A stretch of DNA of 32,000 nt from Megasphaera elsdenii DSM 20460 (GTDB lineage: Bacteria; Bacillota; Negativicutes; Veillonellales; Megasphaeraceae), in NCBI RefSeq assembly GCF_003010495.1, contig NZ_CP027570.1, positions 510,001 to 542,000 on the forward strand, in the 5' to 3' direction. This document shows positions 6,752 to 15,769 of the stretch, piece after piece. The notes beneath the pieces were generated by a model. It was not told where the DNA came from. It made no database searches and saw only the letters and a program-made list of their open reading frames with translations. Each line of letters starts with the position of its first letter. The stretch's first letter is position 1. Position numbers and translations under genes: made by a program.

Positions 6752-6775
6752 AGGCCCCAATCGGGGCTTTTTTTA
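6752..6775 (+). terminator. Rho-independent terminator (plus orientation)
   Basis: GGCCCC-AATC-GGGGC followed by TTTTTTT. Confidence 0.5.
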
Positions 6776-6820
6776 CGAGTCACGAGTATTCTGAAGTGAT
6801 GTTGTCAATCTGATTCTGAA

Positions 6821-6873
6821 GCGGCCTGCGGCCTGCGAACTGCGACCGGCGGGGCGCACTTGGGCGCCCCTAC
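6821..6873 (-). repeat. REP-like extragenic palindrome with GTAG head (copy A)
   Basis: Minus strand: GTAGGGGCGCCCAAGTGCGCCCCGCCGGTCGCAGTTCGCAGGCCGCAGGCCGC. The TAG inside GTAG is the hydE stop codon. About 75 percent identical to 26116-26169. Confidence 0.6.
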
Positions 6874-7949
6874 TTTTTATGGAAAAAGTGCGGCGAGTCG
6901 CCCCATTGTCCCAGGCCGATGGTGTCGCCTACGGAGGCGACGCGGGCGCTGATGCAGTTCTTGCACTGGTCCGGTACTTCGTCGACGCAGGGTTTGTTGT
7001 CGTATAAGAGGTACTGCGGCCGGTATTTGGGGACCGTGACGATGGGCATGAGGACGTTGGCCCCGGCTTTGAGGCCCAGTTCCCGTCCCAGGGGATGGAG
7101 GGCCTGGAGGGCCGTCGTGGCGGCGATGTTGACGTCGGGCAGGAAGAGACGCGTGACGGCAATCATCTTGAGGCCCAGTTCCAGGCGCCGCCGTTTTTCC
7201 TCGTCGCTGTCCAGGCCGCCGGCCAGTACCTGTTTGCCGACAGGCGTATTGTGATGGACGACGTACGGCCCCATGCCGATCATGTCGATATCCATGTCGC
7301 GGTAGAAGAGGATGTCATCAGCCAAGTCACCCAGGGTCTGGCCGGGCAGGCCGATCATGTCGCCCGTCCCTACCTGATAGCCGATGCGGCGCAGGCTGTC
7401 CAGGCAATCCTTGCGGACCTGCCAGCGGTGATGGCCGTCCTGAGGATGGAGGGTGGCGTAGAGGTCAGGATTGCTCGTTTCGATGCGCAGGAGATAGCGG
7501 TGGGCACCGGCCTCGAACCAGCGGCGGTACGTGTCTTCCGTCTGTTCGCCGACGCAGAGGGTCAGGCCCAGTTCGCCGTGGCTCAGGTCCTTGATGTCGC
7601 GGACGAGGCCTTCGACGTAGTCGATGAAGGCTTCATCCTGCCGTTCGCCGGACTGGAGGGTCAGGGATCCGTAACGGTTTTCCCAGGCCCAGCGGGCCAT
7701 GGCCAGGATATCGTCGCGCGGCGTGTCGAAGCGTTCCACTTCGTCATTGCTCTTGCGGATGCCGCAGTATTTGCAGTCTTTGATGCAGTAATTGGAAAAT
7801 TCGACAAGGCCCCGGTAATAGACGACGCGGCCCACATTGGCAGCCTTGACGGCATAAGCCGCATCATAGAGAGCCTGGAGTTCATCAGGATCGGTAATCG
7901 AGAGGAGCGCAATCAAATCGTCGCGGGTTTTCGGTTGGGAAATAGTCAT
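6870..7949 (-). CDS. hydE: [FeFe]-hydrogenase maturase HydE (radical SAM)
   Basis: Radical SAM motif CIKDCKYC. Blocks LEFSNYC, AHRYLLRIETSNP, GLPGQTLGDLADD, LKMIAVTRLFLPDVNIAATTA and GANVLMP parallel Thermotoga HydE. Confidence 0.8.
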   Translation of the reverse strand: MTISQPKTRDDLIALLSITDPDELQALYDAAYAVKAANVGRVVYYRGLVEFSNYCIKDCKYCGIRKSNDEVERFDTPRDDILAMARWAWENRYGSLTLQSGERQDEAFIDYVEGLVRDIKDLSHGELGLTLCVGEQTEDTYRRWFEAGAHRYLLRIETSNPDLYATLHPQDGHHRWQVRKDCLDSLRRIGYQVGTGDMIGLPGQTLGDLADDILFYRDMDIDMIGMGPYVVHHNTPVGKQVLAGGLDSDEEKRRRLELGLKMIAVTRLFLPDVNIAATTALQALHPLGRELGLKAGANVLMPIVTVPKYRPQYLLYDNKPCVDEVPDQCKNCISARVASVGDTIGLGQWGDSPHFFHKK

Positions 7950-7973
7950 AGACGGAACTCCTTTCAGGCCGCC

Positions 7974-9239
7974 TTATTCGTTGGCCCAATGGATTTTTTC
8001 AAAGAACAGGAAAACGAGGCTCATGACCATGGCCACGACCGTAGCCAGGCCCATGCCCTTGAGCTGGACCGGCCCGAGGATGATAGTCGCCCCGCTGAGG
8101 CCGGAAATCATGGTGACAGCCGTGAGGATGAGGTTCTTCGAGCGCGTATAGTCGACCTTCTTTTCTACGAGCATGCGCAGGCCCGAAGCGGCGATGAAGC
8201 CGAATAAGAGGATGCAGACGCCGCCCATGACCGGTGTCGGGATGGCGTGGATGAGGGCTGCGATCTTGCCGATGAAGGAAAAGAGGATGGCAAAGACGGC
8301 AGCGCCGCCGATGACCCACGTGCTGTATACGCCGGTAATGGCCATGACGCCCATGTTTTCACCATATGTCGTATTCGGCGTCGAACCGACCAGGCCGGAC
8401 AGGACGTTGGACAAGCCGTCGGCAAAGAGGGACCGGTGCAGGCCCGGGTCCTTGATGAGGTCGCGGCCGACGATATCGCTGGTGACGAAGAGGTGGCCCA
8501 GGTGTTCTGCCAGGACGACGAACAGGGCCGGCATGATCATCATGATGGCACTGAGATTAAATTCTGGTTTGTAGAAGGTCGGGATGGCAAACCAAGGCAT
8601 TTCCTGGACATGGGTCCAGTCGACGACGCCCATGAAGAAGGACAGGATATACCCAGCGATGACGCCGATGAGGATGGGAATGATGCCGATGAAGCCCCGG
8701 CCGAGAACGGTAGCCAGGATGGTGACGACCAGGGTAAACGTCGAGATGATCATGGCCGTTTCATTGGACATGCCCTGGACTTCGCCCATATAGCCGGACA
8801 TATTCATGGCCAGCGGTGCCAGTTCCAGGCCGATGATGGCTACGATAGAACCCATGGCAGCCGGCGGAAAGAGGACGTCGATCCACTTGGTGCCGACTTT
8901 GTCGACAATGGCCGCCAGGACCATGAAGGACAGGCCGAAGACGATGAAGCCCCCCTGGGCGTCGCCATAAGACATGCCCGACGTCGAGCAGACGGCCAGG
9001 ACCGGCGAGATGAAGGCGAAACTCGAACCGAGGTATGCCGGCAGGCGCCATTTACAAATAGTCAGGTAAAGGAGCGTACCGACGCCGTTCATGAACAGGG
9101 CCGTCGCCGGGTCGACGTGGAGCAGGAACGGTACCAGGACCGTCGATCCGAACATAGCAAAAAGATGCTGTAAACTTAAAGGAATCGTCGGCAAGATGGG
9201 AAGCCGTTCTTCTACATGTATAATTCTTCGTTGTTCCAT
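7974..9239 (-). CDS. uraA: Uracil permease (NCS2/NAT family)
   Basis: 421-aa polytopic membrane protein. LSLQHLFAMFGSTVLVPFL and NTTYGENMGVMAITGV are typical of UraA/PyrP. Confidence 0.8.
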   Translation of the reverse strand: MEQRRIIHVEERLPILPTIPLSLQHLFAMFGSTVLVPFLLHVDPATALFMNGVGTLLYLTICKWRLPAYLGSSFAFISPVLAVCSTSGMSYGDAQGGFIVFGLSFMVLAAIVDKVGTKWIDVLFPPAAMGSIVAIIGLELAPLAMNMSGYMGEVQGMSNETAMIISTFTLVVTILATVLGRGFIGIIPILIGVIAGYILSFFMGVVDWTHVQEMPWFAIPTFYKPEFNLSAIMMIMPALFVVLAEHLGHLFVTSDIVGRDLIKDPGLHRSLFADGLSNVLSGLVGSTPNTTYGENMGVMAITGVYSTWVIGGAAVFAILFSFIGKIAALIHAIPTPVMGGVCILLFGFIAASGLRMLVEKKVDYTRSKNLILTAVTMISGLSGATIILGPVQLKGMGLATVVAMVMSLVFLFFEKIHWANE

Positions 9240-9255
9240 AAAATCCTCCTAAATT

Positions 9256-10548
9256 CTAATGCCGAATAAAGGGCGGCCGCAAAGCCTGCCAGGCCTGATG
9301 GTCCGTCATGTCCTGCGCCCGGGCGGCGTCGATGTAATTGTCATAACTGATGCGCAGCAGCAAGGCCGCGGAAATGAGGTTCAAAATGAGGGACGACCCG
9401 CCATAACTGATGAAAGGCAGCGGGACGCCGACGACGGGAAAACAGTCCGTGACCATGGCCATGTTGACCAGGCCCTGGCCGCCGAGGGAAAAAGTGATGC
9501 CCATGGCCAGGAACATGCCGAACCGGTCCTGACAGGAACCGGCCGCCTGGACGCCGAAATAAATCAAGGCCAGGAACACGACCAGGACCAGGATAGCCCC
9601 CAGGAAGCCCCATTCCTGGCAGATGATGGCATAGGCAAAGTCCGTATGGGCTTCGGGCAGATAACTGAACTTGCTGATGCCCGTCCCCATCCCCTGTCCC
9701 CAGACGCCGCCGGAACCGATGGCGACGAGGCTCTGATATATCTGATAGCCGATTGTCTTCTTATAGGGATCAGGATTCCACCAGGCCCGGATGCGGTCTT
9801 TCTGATAATCATGGGCAAAGAAATAAAAGGACAGACCGATGATGGCCAAGGTCACAATGACAAACACGAGTACCTTCCACCACGGCCAATGACGGTCATA
9901 GAAGGGGATGCCGCTGCAAATGAGCATCAACACCGGCGGTACAAAAAGGATGATAGCCGTGCCGGCATCCGGCTGGAGCAGGATAATGGCGGACAGGATC
10001 AGCGGTGGGATGAGACAGAGCAGACCATAACTTTTGAAAAGCCTGTCTTTCTTCAATAAAAAGGGCTCCCACTCTTCGACATGCCAATTTTTGACAAATC
10101 TGCCGATGACGGCTGCCTTCTCGCCGTGGCAGTCCCAAAAGAAGGTCAAAGCCGCTGCCATGCAGACGATGGCTGCCAGCTTAGCAAATTCCGATGGCTG
10201 GAACGATACGATGTCATAGCCCAGCCAGCGCTGGGCCCCGTTGACAGTGATGCCAAAGGCTTTGACGGCGAAGAGCAAGAGAACGCTGGCCAGGAAAAAG
10301 AGCCTGCACCAATGGCGCAGCCACTGATAGCCCAGATGCCAGATTCCCCGGGCTGTCAGCAGGCCTATGACCAGGAAGACCAGCTGCTTCAGAAGATAGC
10401 CGTAGACCGTGCTGCCGCCGTCTAGGACAAAGGTCGAGCTGAGGATATTTTCCATGCCGATGACGATGAGAAGGGAAAATATCCCTACCAGCCAGAGAAC
10501 GTTAGTCCTCCGGTGCCGGGTCTTGACGGTCAATCTGGGTTTTAACAT
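9256..10548 (-). CDS. SEDS-family peptidoglycan polymerase (FtsW/RodA/SpoVE)
   Basis: Contains QPSEFAKL, GYQIYQSLVAIGSGGVWGQG, LPEAHTDFAYAII and PFISYGGSS. ATG 10548 preferred (the track uses TTG 10554). Overlaps the trmB 3' end by 47 nt. Confidence 0.8.
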   Translation of the reverse strand: MLKPRLTVKTRHRRTNVLWLVGIFSLLIVIGMENILSSTFVLDGGSTVYGYLLKQLVFLVIGLLTARGIWHLGYQWLRHWCRLFFLASVLLLFAVKAFGITVNGAQRWLGYDIVSFQPSEFAKLAAIVCMAAALTFFWDCHGEKAAVIGRFVKNWHVEEWEPFLLKKDRLFKSYGLLCLIPPLILSAIILLQPDAGTAIILFVPPVLMLICSGIPFYDRHWPWWKVLVFVIVTLAIIGLSFYFFAHDYQKDRIRAWWNPDPYKKTIGYQIYQSLVAIGSGGVWGQGMGTGISKFSYLPEAHTDFAYAIICQEWGFLGAILVLVVFLALIYFGVQAAGSCQDRFGMFLAMGITFSLGGQGLVNMAMVTDCFPVVGVPLPFISYGGSSLILNLISAALLLRISYDNYIDAARAQDMTDHQAWQALRPPFIRH

Positions 10549-11206
10549 GAGCAATCACTTCCTTGGGACGCGTAGCGACGCAATGGAAAATAGGCTGTCC
10601 CTTAGCGCTGAACTTCGCTTCATATTCCGTCATGGCTTCATTCAAAATGGAGCTGTTATGCAAATCGTACGTCACTTCTGACAAGGGCCAGCCACATTCC
10701 CGAAATTCTTCCAGTGTGAAATCGAAGAGGCCCGCATTATCGGACTTAAAGTAAATTTGGCCACCCTCACGGAGGAGCCGTGCGTAGCGGTCGAGGAAAC
10801 CGCGATACGTCAGGCGCCGCTTGGCATGGCGCTTCTTGGGCCAGGGGTCGCAGAAATTGATGAAGAAGCGGTCTACTTCGCCGGGCGCAAAAATATCTTC
10901 CAGCCGGGCCACGTCGAAGCGCAGGAGCTGGACGTTATCCACTTCGGCAGCGGCACACTTCTTGCCGGCATAGTAGAGGACACCGACCTGGATTTCGATG
11001 CCGATGAAATTGACATCCTTATGGATCTGGGCCATCTGGGAAATGAAGTTCCCCTTCCCCGTCCCCAGTTCGACCCACAGCGGTGCATCAGGGTCCTTGA
11101 ACAGGGTCCGCCATTTCCCCTTATAGCTTTCGCAGCTTTCCAGATGGAGAAAATCACTGTAATCCTTGATAGCCTCGTCAATCCACGGTTTTCTTCGTAA
11201 ACGCAT
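10502..11206 (-). CDS. trmB: tRNA (guanine46-N7)-methyltransferase
   Basis: Contains ELGTGKGNFI, NFIGIEI, FCDPWPKKRHAKRRL and an RBS AAGGAGG. Confidence 0.9.
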   Translation of the reverse strand: MRLRRKPWIDEAIKDYSDFLHLESCESYKGKWRTLFKDPDAPLWVELGTGKGNFISQMAQIHKDVNFIGIEIQVGVLYYAGKKCAAAEVDNVQLLRFDVARLEDIFAPGEVDRFFINFCDPWPKKRHAKRRLTYRGFLDRYARLLREGGQIYFKSDNAGLFDFTLEEFRECGWPLSEVTYDLHNSSILNEAMTEYEAKFSAKGQPIFHCVATRPKEVIAHVKTQIDRQDPAPED

Positions 11207-11303
11207 GTTGCCTCCTTATAAAAAATGATTCATCGCACAAGAACCCTTCAGACCTGCTGTACAAGCCGAAGGGTTCCATAACTAACTTTTTCAGACTTAT
11301 TTT

Positions 11304-11332
11304 ATTATAAAAAATGTCGGCGCCGGTGTCAA
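11304..11332 (-). promoter_or_regulatory. Consensus sigma-70 promoter upstream of trmB
   Basis: Minus strand: TTGACA (11327-11332, overlapping the epimerase stop), 17-nt spacer, TATAAT (11304-11309). Confidence 0.6.
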
Positions 11333-12423
11333 TCTTTTAATGGCTGCCAACCTTCAATGGCCGTAATGCCCAGGCCCGGCGCGTCGGGGACGACGAGGTG
11401 GTCTTTGTCATAGGTGATGCCGCCCCGGACGGGGTCGGCAGCCATGAGGTCGGCCGCATCGAGGTCGTTCTTGGTGATGACGGCCTTGCCGGCAGACAGG
11501 GCGGCCGCGGCGGTGATGCCGACTTTGCTTTCCAGCATGCAGCCCATCATGCAGCCGACGCCGGCGGCATCGGCCATGGCGGCGATCTGGGCGGCCGGTC
11601 CCAGACCGCCGGCCTTCATGAGTTTGATGTTGATGAGGTCGCAGGCCCGCATGGCCAGGAGGCGGAAGACGTCTTTCGCACTGAAGGCCGATTCGTCGGC
11701 CATGATGTCCGTCGCCACGTGATCCGTGACCTGTTTCAGGCCTTCAAAGTCGGCGGCGGCCACGGGTTGTTCGACCAGTTCGATGTCGAGGCCGGCGTCT
11801 TCCATGCGGCCGATGAGGCGGATGGCTTCTTTCGGCTTCCAGCCCTGGTTGGCATCGAGGCGGATGGTGATATCCGGCCCGACGGCCTGGCGGATGGCGG
11901 CGACGCGCTGGAAATCAATGGCCGGGTCGATGCCGACTTTCAACTTCAAGTGACGGTAGCCCAGAGCGACGGCCTGGCACGCATCGGCCGCCATCCCAGC
12001 CGGGTCATTGATGCTGATCGTAAGGTCCGATGCGATGCGCGTCTTGCGGCCGCCGAAGAAACGATACAGGGGCAGGCCGTAGCGCTGGCCGAAGAGGTCG
12101 TGGACGGCCATGTCCAGAGCGGCTTTGGCCGACGTATTGTGGACCATGGATTGGTGGATCGTGTCGAGGATATCTTCGCGGTCGTCGATATCCCGGCCGA
12201 TGAGTTTCGGCCCGATGGTATATCGAATAGCAGCGGCGACTGATTCGTGGCTGTCACCGGTGATGACGACCGTCGCCGGCGCGTTGCCGTAGCCCGTATG
12301 GCCGTCGTCGGTATGGACCTTGACGACCAGGTCTTCGGCGACGTCGACGCGGCGCAGGGCCGTAATAAACGGCGTCTTCAAGGGAATGGCAATCTTCCCG
12401 ATTTCAATAGCTGTAATCTTCAT
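11329..12423 (-). CDS. L-Ala-D/L-Glu (dipeptide) epimerase, enolase superfamily
   Basis: MKITAIEIGKIAIPLKTPF start. KLKVG, RLDANQGW and ELVEQPV blocks. Start set at ATG 12423 (RBS AGGAAC). The track's upstream extension would overlap the HAD gene. Confidence 0.8.
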   Translation of the reverse strand: MKITAIEIGKIAIPLKTPFITALRRVDVAEDLVVKVHTDDGHTGYGNAPATVVITGDSHESVAAAIRYTIGPKLIGRDIDDREDILDTIHQSMVHNTSAKAALDMAVHDLFGQRYGLPLYRFFGGRKTRIASDLTISINDPAGMAADACQAVALGYRHLKLKVGIDPAIDFQRVAAIRQAVGPDITIRLDANQGWKPKEAIRLIGRMEDAGLDIELVEQPVAAADFEGLKQVTDHVATDIMADESAFSAKDVFRLLAMRACDLINIKLMKAGGLGPAAQIAAMADAAGVGCMMGCMLESKVGITAAAALSAGKAVITKNDLDAADLMAADPVRGGITYDKDHLVVPDAPGLGITAIEGWQPLKD

Positions 12424-12431
12424 GATAGTTC

Positions 12432-13550
12432 CTATGGTAAAATATCTAAAATCTCTTCGACCGAGTCGACGATATAGCGGACATGTTCCTTCTGGAACAT
12501 GGGCTTGGCCGCCGGACCGTCGATGCCGGTCAGGGTCCCAATCATGGTAGCCCCCATGGCCCGGGCACACCAGACATCGGCCAGAGAGTCACCGACGACG
12601 TAGTAAAGGCCCTTCTTGAAGTCATCGGGATGGCTGACGTAGTCGAGATAACGTTTCTTGTTCTTGCCGAAGGCCCCCAGGTAATAGGCAAAGGGATTGG
12701 GCTTGTCCAGGGACATGTGCAGCATGGCTTCGGCTTCTTCCACGTCGCTGTACGTCGCTACGTAGTGTTCATCAAATTCATCGAGCCAGCCGTAGGTCTG
12801 GAAGGGAATCTCCATTTCCATCTTCGACCGCCCCGTGGCGATGGCGATCTGATAGCCCCGCTTCTTCAAGGTCTTGAACATATTGCGGATGCCGTCGACC
12901 GTTCCCAGCGGTTCTTCCCGCGTCAAAAAGCCCGGCTTCCCCGGCGCATACGGCTTCTTGCCGTAGGTCTTTTCGTAGAGGTCGTCGCCGAAGTACCAGT
13001 CCTGGAAAGCTTCAAATTCCATCTGCCACAAGGGCGAATTGAGGGGCGTCCACTGGCGGGAGCTCGGCCCCAGGGACGACTGGACGGCATCGGTCAAATA
13101 AGTAAAGACCTCGTCCTTGCCGGCCCGTTCGGGAATGACATTGTCCAGGCGGCGGTATACGTCGTCTGCCGTCGGCACGGGATAGCCCCGCAGGAGGGAA
13201 CCCAGGTACTGGACGTCGTCGACTTTCTTCAGGCAGCCGTCCAGGCAGCCGTGGTCGGCTACGTACTGTTCCAGCATGAGCCACAGCGTGACGACGATGT
13301 GGGCGTGGACCATGTCCCAGTTGCTGTTGACGCCGTGTTTCTTGAGCCACAATAAGATGTCGTCATTTCTCCAGAAACGGGCCCGCAAGGCGGCGATGGT
13401 CTCGTCGTCGAGGTCGGCCGTGATCCGTTCCGGTTTGAGGTGCATATAGCGCGGACTGTAATACCATTCCCAGACGACCAGGGCCGATACGTCGAAATAG
13501 CGCTTTTCACTGAGCAAGACGCCATCGACGTCAAAAATCACTTTCTTCAT
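12432..13550 (-). CDS. HAD-superfamily hydrolase with very large cap insertion
   Basis: Motif I FDVDGVL, motif II IATGRS, motif IV VVGDSLADV. About 210 aa lie between motifs I and II. Starts 18 nt downstream of hisIE. Confidence 0.75.
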   Translation of the reverse strand: MKKVIFDVDGVLLSEKRYFDVSALVVWEWYYSPRYMHLKPERITADLDDETIAALRARFWRNDDILLWLKKHGVNSNWDMVHAHIVVTLWLMLEQYVADHGCLDGCLKKVDDVQYLGSLLRGYPVPTADDVYRRLDNVIPERAGKDEVFTYLTDAVQSSLGPSSRQWTPLNSPLWQMEFEAFQDWYFGDDLYEKTYGKKPYAPGKPGFLTREEPLGTVDGIRNMFKTLKKRGYQIAIATGRSKMEMEIPFQTYGWLDEFDEHYVATYSDVEEAEAMLHMSLDKPNPFAYYLGAFGKNKKRYLDYVSHPDDFKKGLYYVVGDSLADVWCARAMGATMIGTLTGIDGPAAKPMFQKEHVRYIVDSVEEILDILP

Positions 13551-13568
13551 GCGCCTTCCCCTTCTTCC

Positions 13569-14282
13569 CTAAAAAGTCTTATCTAAATGGCCGACGGTCT
13601 TCTTGTTGCCCTTGACGTGGGACCGTTCTTCCAGGACCTTCATGACGTCGTTGACGGTGACGCCCGTGTCTTCCCAGAGGACGGACAGGTGATACAGGAG
13701 GTCCGCCGATTCCTTGCAGACTTCCAGGCGCAGGTTGTCTGCTTCGGCCGACGTGTCTTTCACGACAGGGTCGGCGTTCTTGGCGGCAATGATGACTTCC
13801 GACGATTCTTCGCCGATTTTCTTGCAGATCTTGTCGATGCCCGTCTGCAAGAGGTAGGCCGTATAGGATTTTTCCGTCGGATGGACGCGCTTTTCACTGA
13901 TTTCTTCGCGCAGGTCCGACAGCATGGAGAGATTGCCGGTGTAAGTCTTTTCCCATTCCGTCATGGACCGGAAGAAACACGATTTATGGCCTGTATGGCA
14001 GGCGGCGCCGATCTGGTCGACCGTCAAGAGGATCGTGTCGGCATCGCAGTCGACGGCAATGGAGCGGACGTGCTGGAAATGGCCCGACGTTTCGCCTTTA
14101 TGCCATAATTCCTGACGGCTGCGGCTGTAATACCAGGCGTCACCGCTTTCGACGGTGCGCTTCAGCGATTCAGCGTTCATATAAGCCACCATGAGGACCT
14201 TGCCGCTGCATCCTTCCTGGACGACAGCCGGCACCAGGCCTTTTTCATCAAATTTGATATCTTTCATCGATACACTTTCCAT
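13569..14282 (-). CDS. hisI: Bifunctional phosphoribosyl-AMP cyclohydrolase / phosphoribosyl-ATP pyrophosphatase
   Basis: LMVAYMNAESL, WHKGETSGH, DCDADT and ACHTGHKSCFF (HisI part), followed by a HisE-like C-terminal half. Confidence 0.9.
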   Translation of the reverse strand: MESVSMKDIKFDEKGLVPAVVQEGCSGKVLMVAYMNAESLKRTVESGDAWYYSRSRQELWHKGETSGHFQHVRSIAVDCDADTILLTVDQIGAACHTGHKSCFFRSMTEWEKTYTGNLSMLSDLREEISEKRVHPTEKSYTAYLLQTGIDKICKKIGEESSEVIIAAKNADPVVKDTSAEADNLRLEVCKESADLLYHLSVLWEDTGVTVNDVMKVLEERSHVKGNKKTVGHLDKTF

Positions 14283-15047
14283 TTATTCTTCTGCCCCTCT
14301 CATGGGAATCCCCTGTCCCTGTAAATAAGTCTTCAAATCGGGGATGTCAATCTGGCCGAAGTGGAAGACCGAAGCGGCCAGGGCGGCGTCGACGCCGACG
14401 TCGAAGACATCTTTGAAATCCTGCATCGTGCCGGCACCGCCGGAAGCGATGATGGGCACAGGCAGTTCCGTCGCCAGGCGGCGGTTCAGTTCCAGGTCGA
14501 AGCCGGCCTTTTCGCCGTCGGCATCCATGGAGTTCATGCAGATTTCACCGGCACCGAGGGCGACGCCCTGTTTAGCCCAGGCGATGGCGTCGATGCCCGT
14601 ATTCTTGCGGCCCCCTTCGACGTAGACCTGCCAGCTGCCGTGGTTGTCGCGCTTGGCGTCGATGGACAGGACGACGCACTGGCTGCCGAAACGCTGGGCC
14701 GCTTCGCGGATCAGTTCGGGACGGCGGACAGCGGCCGAGTTGACCGATACCTTGTCAGCACCGGCCCGCAGGACCTGGTGGAAGTCGTCGATGCTGCTGA
14801 TGCCGCCGCCAATGGTAAAGGGAATGGTAATGGCTTCGGCTACGGCGCGGACGACGTCGATGAAGATATGGCGTTTTTCATGGGTCGCCGTAATATCGTA
14901 GAAGACGAGTTCGTCGGCGAGCTGGTCGGAATAGAATTTCCCCAGTTTGACAGGGTCGTCGACGTCCTGGATGTGTTTAAACTGCTTGCCTTTGACGACG
15001 CGGCCATCGCGGACGTCCAGGCACGGTACAATACGTTTTGCCAACAT
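14283..15047 (-). CDS. hisF: Imidazole glycerol phosphate synthase, cyclase subunit
   Basis: [25 protein letters not shown] and ASGGAG. Confidence 0.93.
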   Translation of the reverse strand: MLAKRIVPCLDVRDGRVVKGKQFKHIQDVDDPVKLGKFYSDQLADELVFYDITATHEKRHIFIDVVRAVAEAITIPFTIGGGISSIDDFHQVLRAGADKVSVNSAAVRRPELIREAAQRFGSQCVVLSIDAKRDNHGSWQVYVEGGRKNTGIDAIAWAKQGVALGAGEICMNSMDADGEKAGFDLELNRRLATELPVPIIASGGAGTMQDFKDVFDVGVDAALAASVFHFGQIDIPDLKTYLQGQGIPMRGAEE

Positions 15048-15048
15048 C

Positions 15049-15765
15049 TTACATTCCCCCTAAGGCACGGATTTCGGCCATGGTGATTTTTCCCTCGTAG
15101 AGCGCCTTGCCGGTAATGGCCCCGTAGACGCCCATGGCCTGTAATTTCTTCAGATCGTCGATGCTGCTCATGCCGCCGGACGCAATGAGGCGGATAAAGG
15201 GCAGCTGCTGGAGCTGGCTGAGCATTTCAAAGTTCGGTCCGGTCAGCATGCCGTCGCGGCTGATGTCCGTATAGACCAGGGTATTGATGCCGATGTCGAG
15301 CATGGACTGGGCAAAGGGCAGGACCTTCTTGTCGCTGCCGTCGACCCAGCCGCGGGTTGCGACGACGTCGCCCTTGGCATCGATGGACACGGCCAGGGAC
15401 GAGCCGTATTTCTTGGCCATGGCCGTGATAAATTCCGGGTCTTCGACGGCTTTCGAGCCGATGATGACGCGATTGACGCCGGCTTCCAAATACGTTTCGA
15501 TGGCTTCTTCACTGCGGATGCCGCCGCCCACTTCGACGGGGATGTCGACGGCTTCACAGATGTCGCCGATGATTGAGGCGTTGGTCAAGGTCCCTGAAAA
15601 GGCGCCGTCCAAATCGACGACGTGGAGGAACATGGCCCCTTCGTCACACCACTTGACAGCGGCGTCGACAGGGTTCTCGAAATACGTCGTGCTGTCGTCT
15701 TTGACGCCTTGGCGCAGGCGGACAGCATGGCCGTTCTGGATATCAATAGCAGGAAATACGATCAT
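15049..15765 (-). CDS. hisA: ProFAR isomerase
   Basis: FPAIDI..G..VRL, VGGGIRS and ASGG, plus operon position. Confidence 0.92.
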   Translation of the reverse strand: MIVFPAIDIQNGHAVRLRQGVKDDSTTYFENPVDAAVKWCDEGAMFLHVVDLDGAFSGTLTNASIIGDICEAVDIPVEVGGGIRSEEAIETYLEAGVNRVIIGSKAVEDPEFITAMAKKYGSSLAVSIDAKGDVVATRGWVDGSDKKVLPFAQSMLDIGINTLVYTDISRDGMLTGPNFEMLSQLQQLPFIRLIASGGMSSIDDLKKLQAMGVYGAITGKALYEGKITMAEIRALGGM

Positions 15766-15769
15766 AGTC

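Noticed and set aside
7095-8207. Long antisense ORFs in the GC-rich part of the window. Examples: 7095-8207 +, 8247-9173 +, 9259-10059 +, 11398-12243 +, 12483-13355 +, 15284-16219 +, 16784-18103 +, 18018-19286 +, 22447-23151 -, 21928-22401 -, 30042-31211 -.
   Set aside because: Each lies fully opposite a gene with clear family motifs. Their translations are low-complexity (Arg/Gly/Asp/Ala/Val-rich), typical of mirror frames in GC-rich coding DNA. None has a convincing RBS.
12424-12570. N-terminal 49-aa extension of the epimerase ORF (track start 12570).
   Set aside because: The extension overlaps the HAD gene's 3' end and is Arg/Gly/His-rich. ATG 12423 has an RBS and yields the canonical MKITAIE... 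enolase-superfamily N-terminus.
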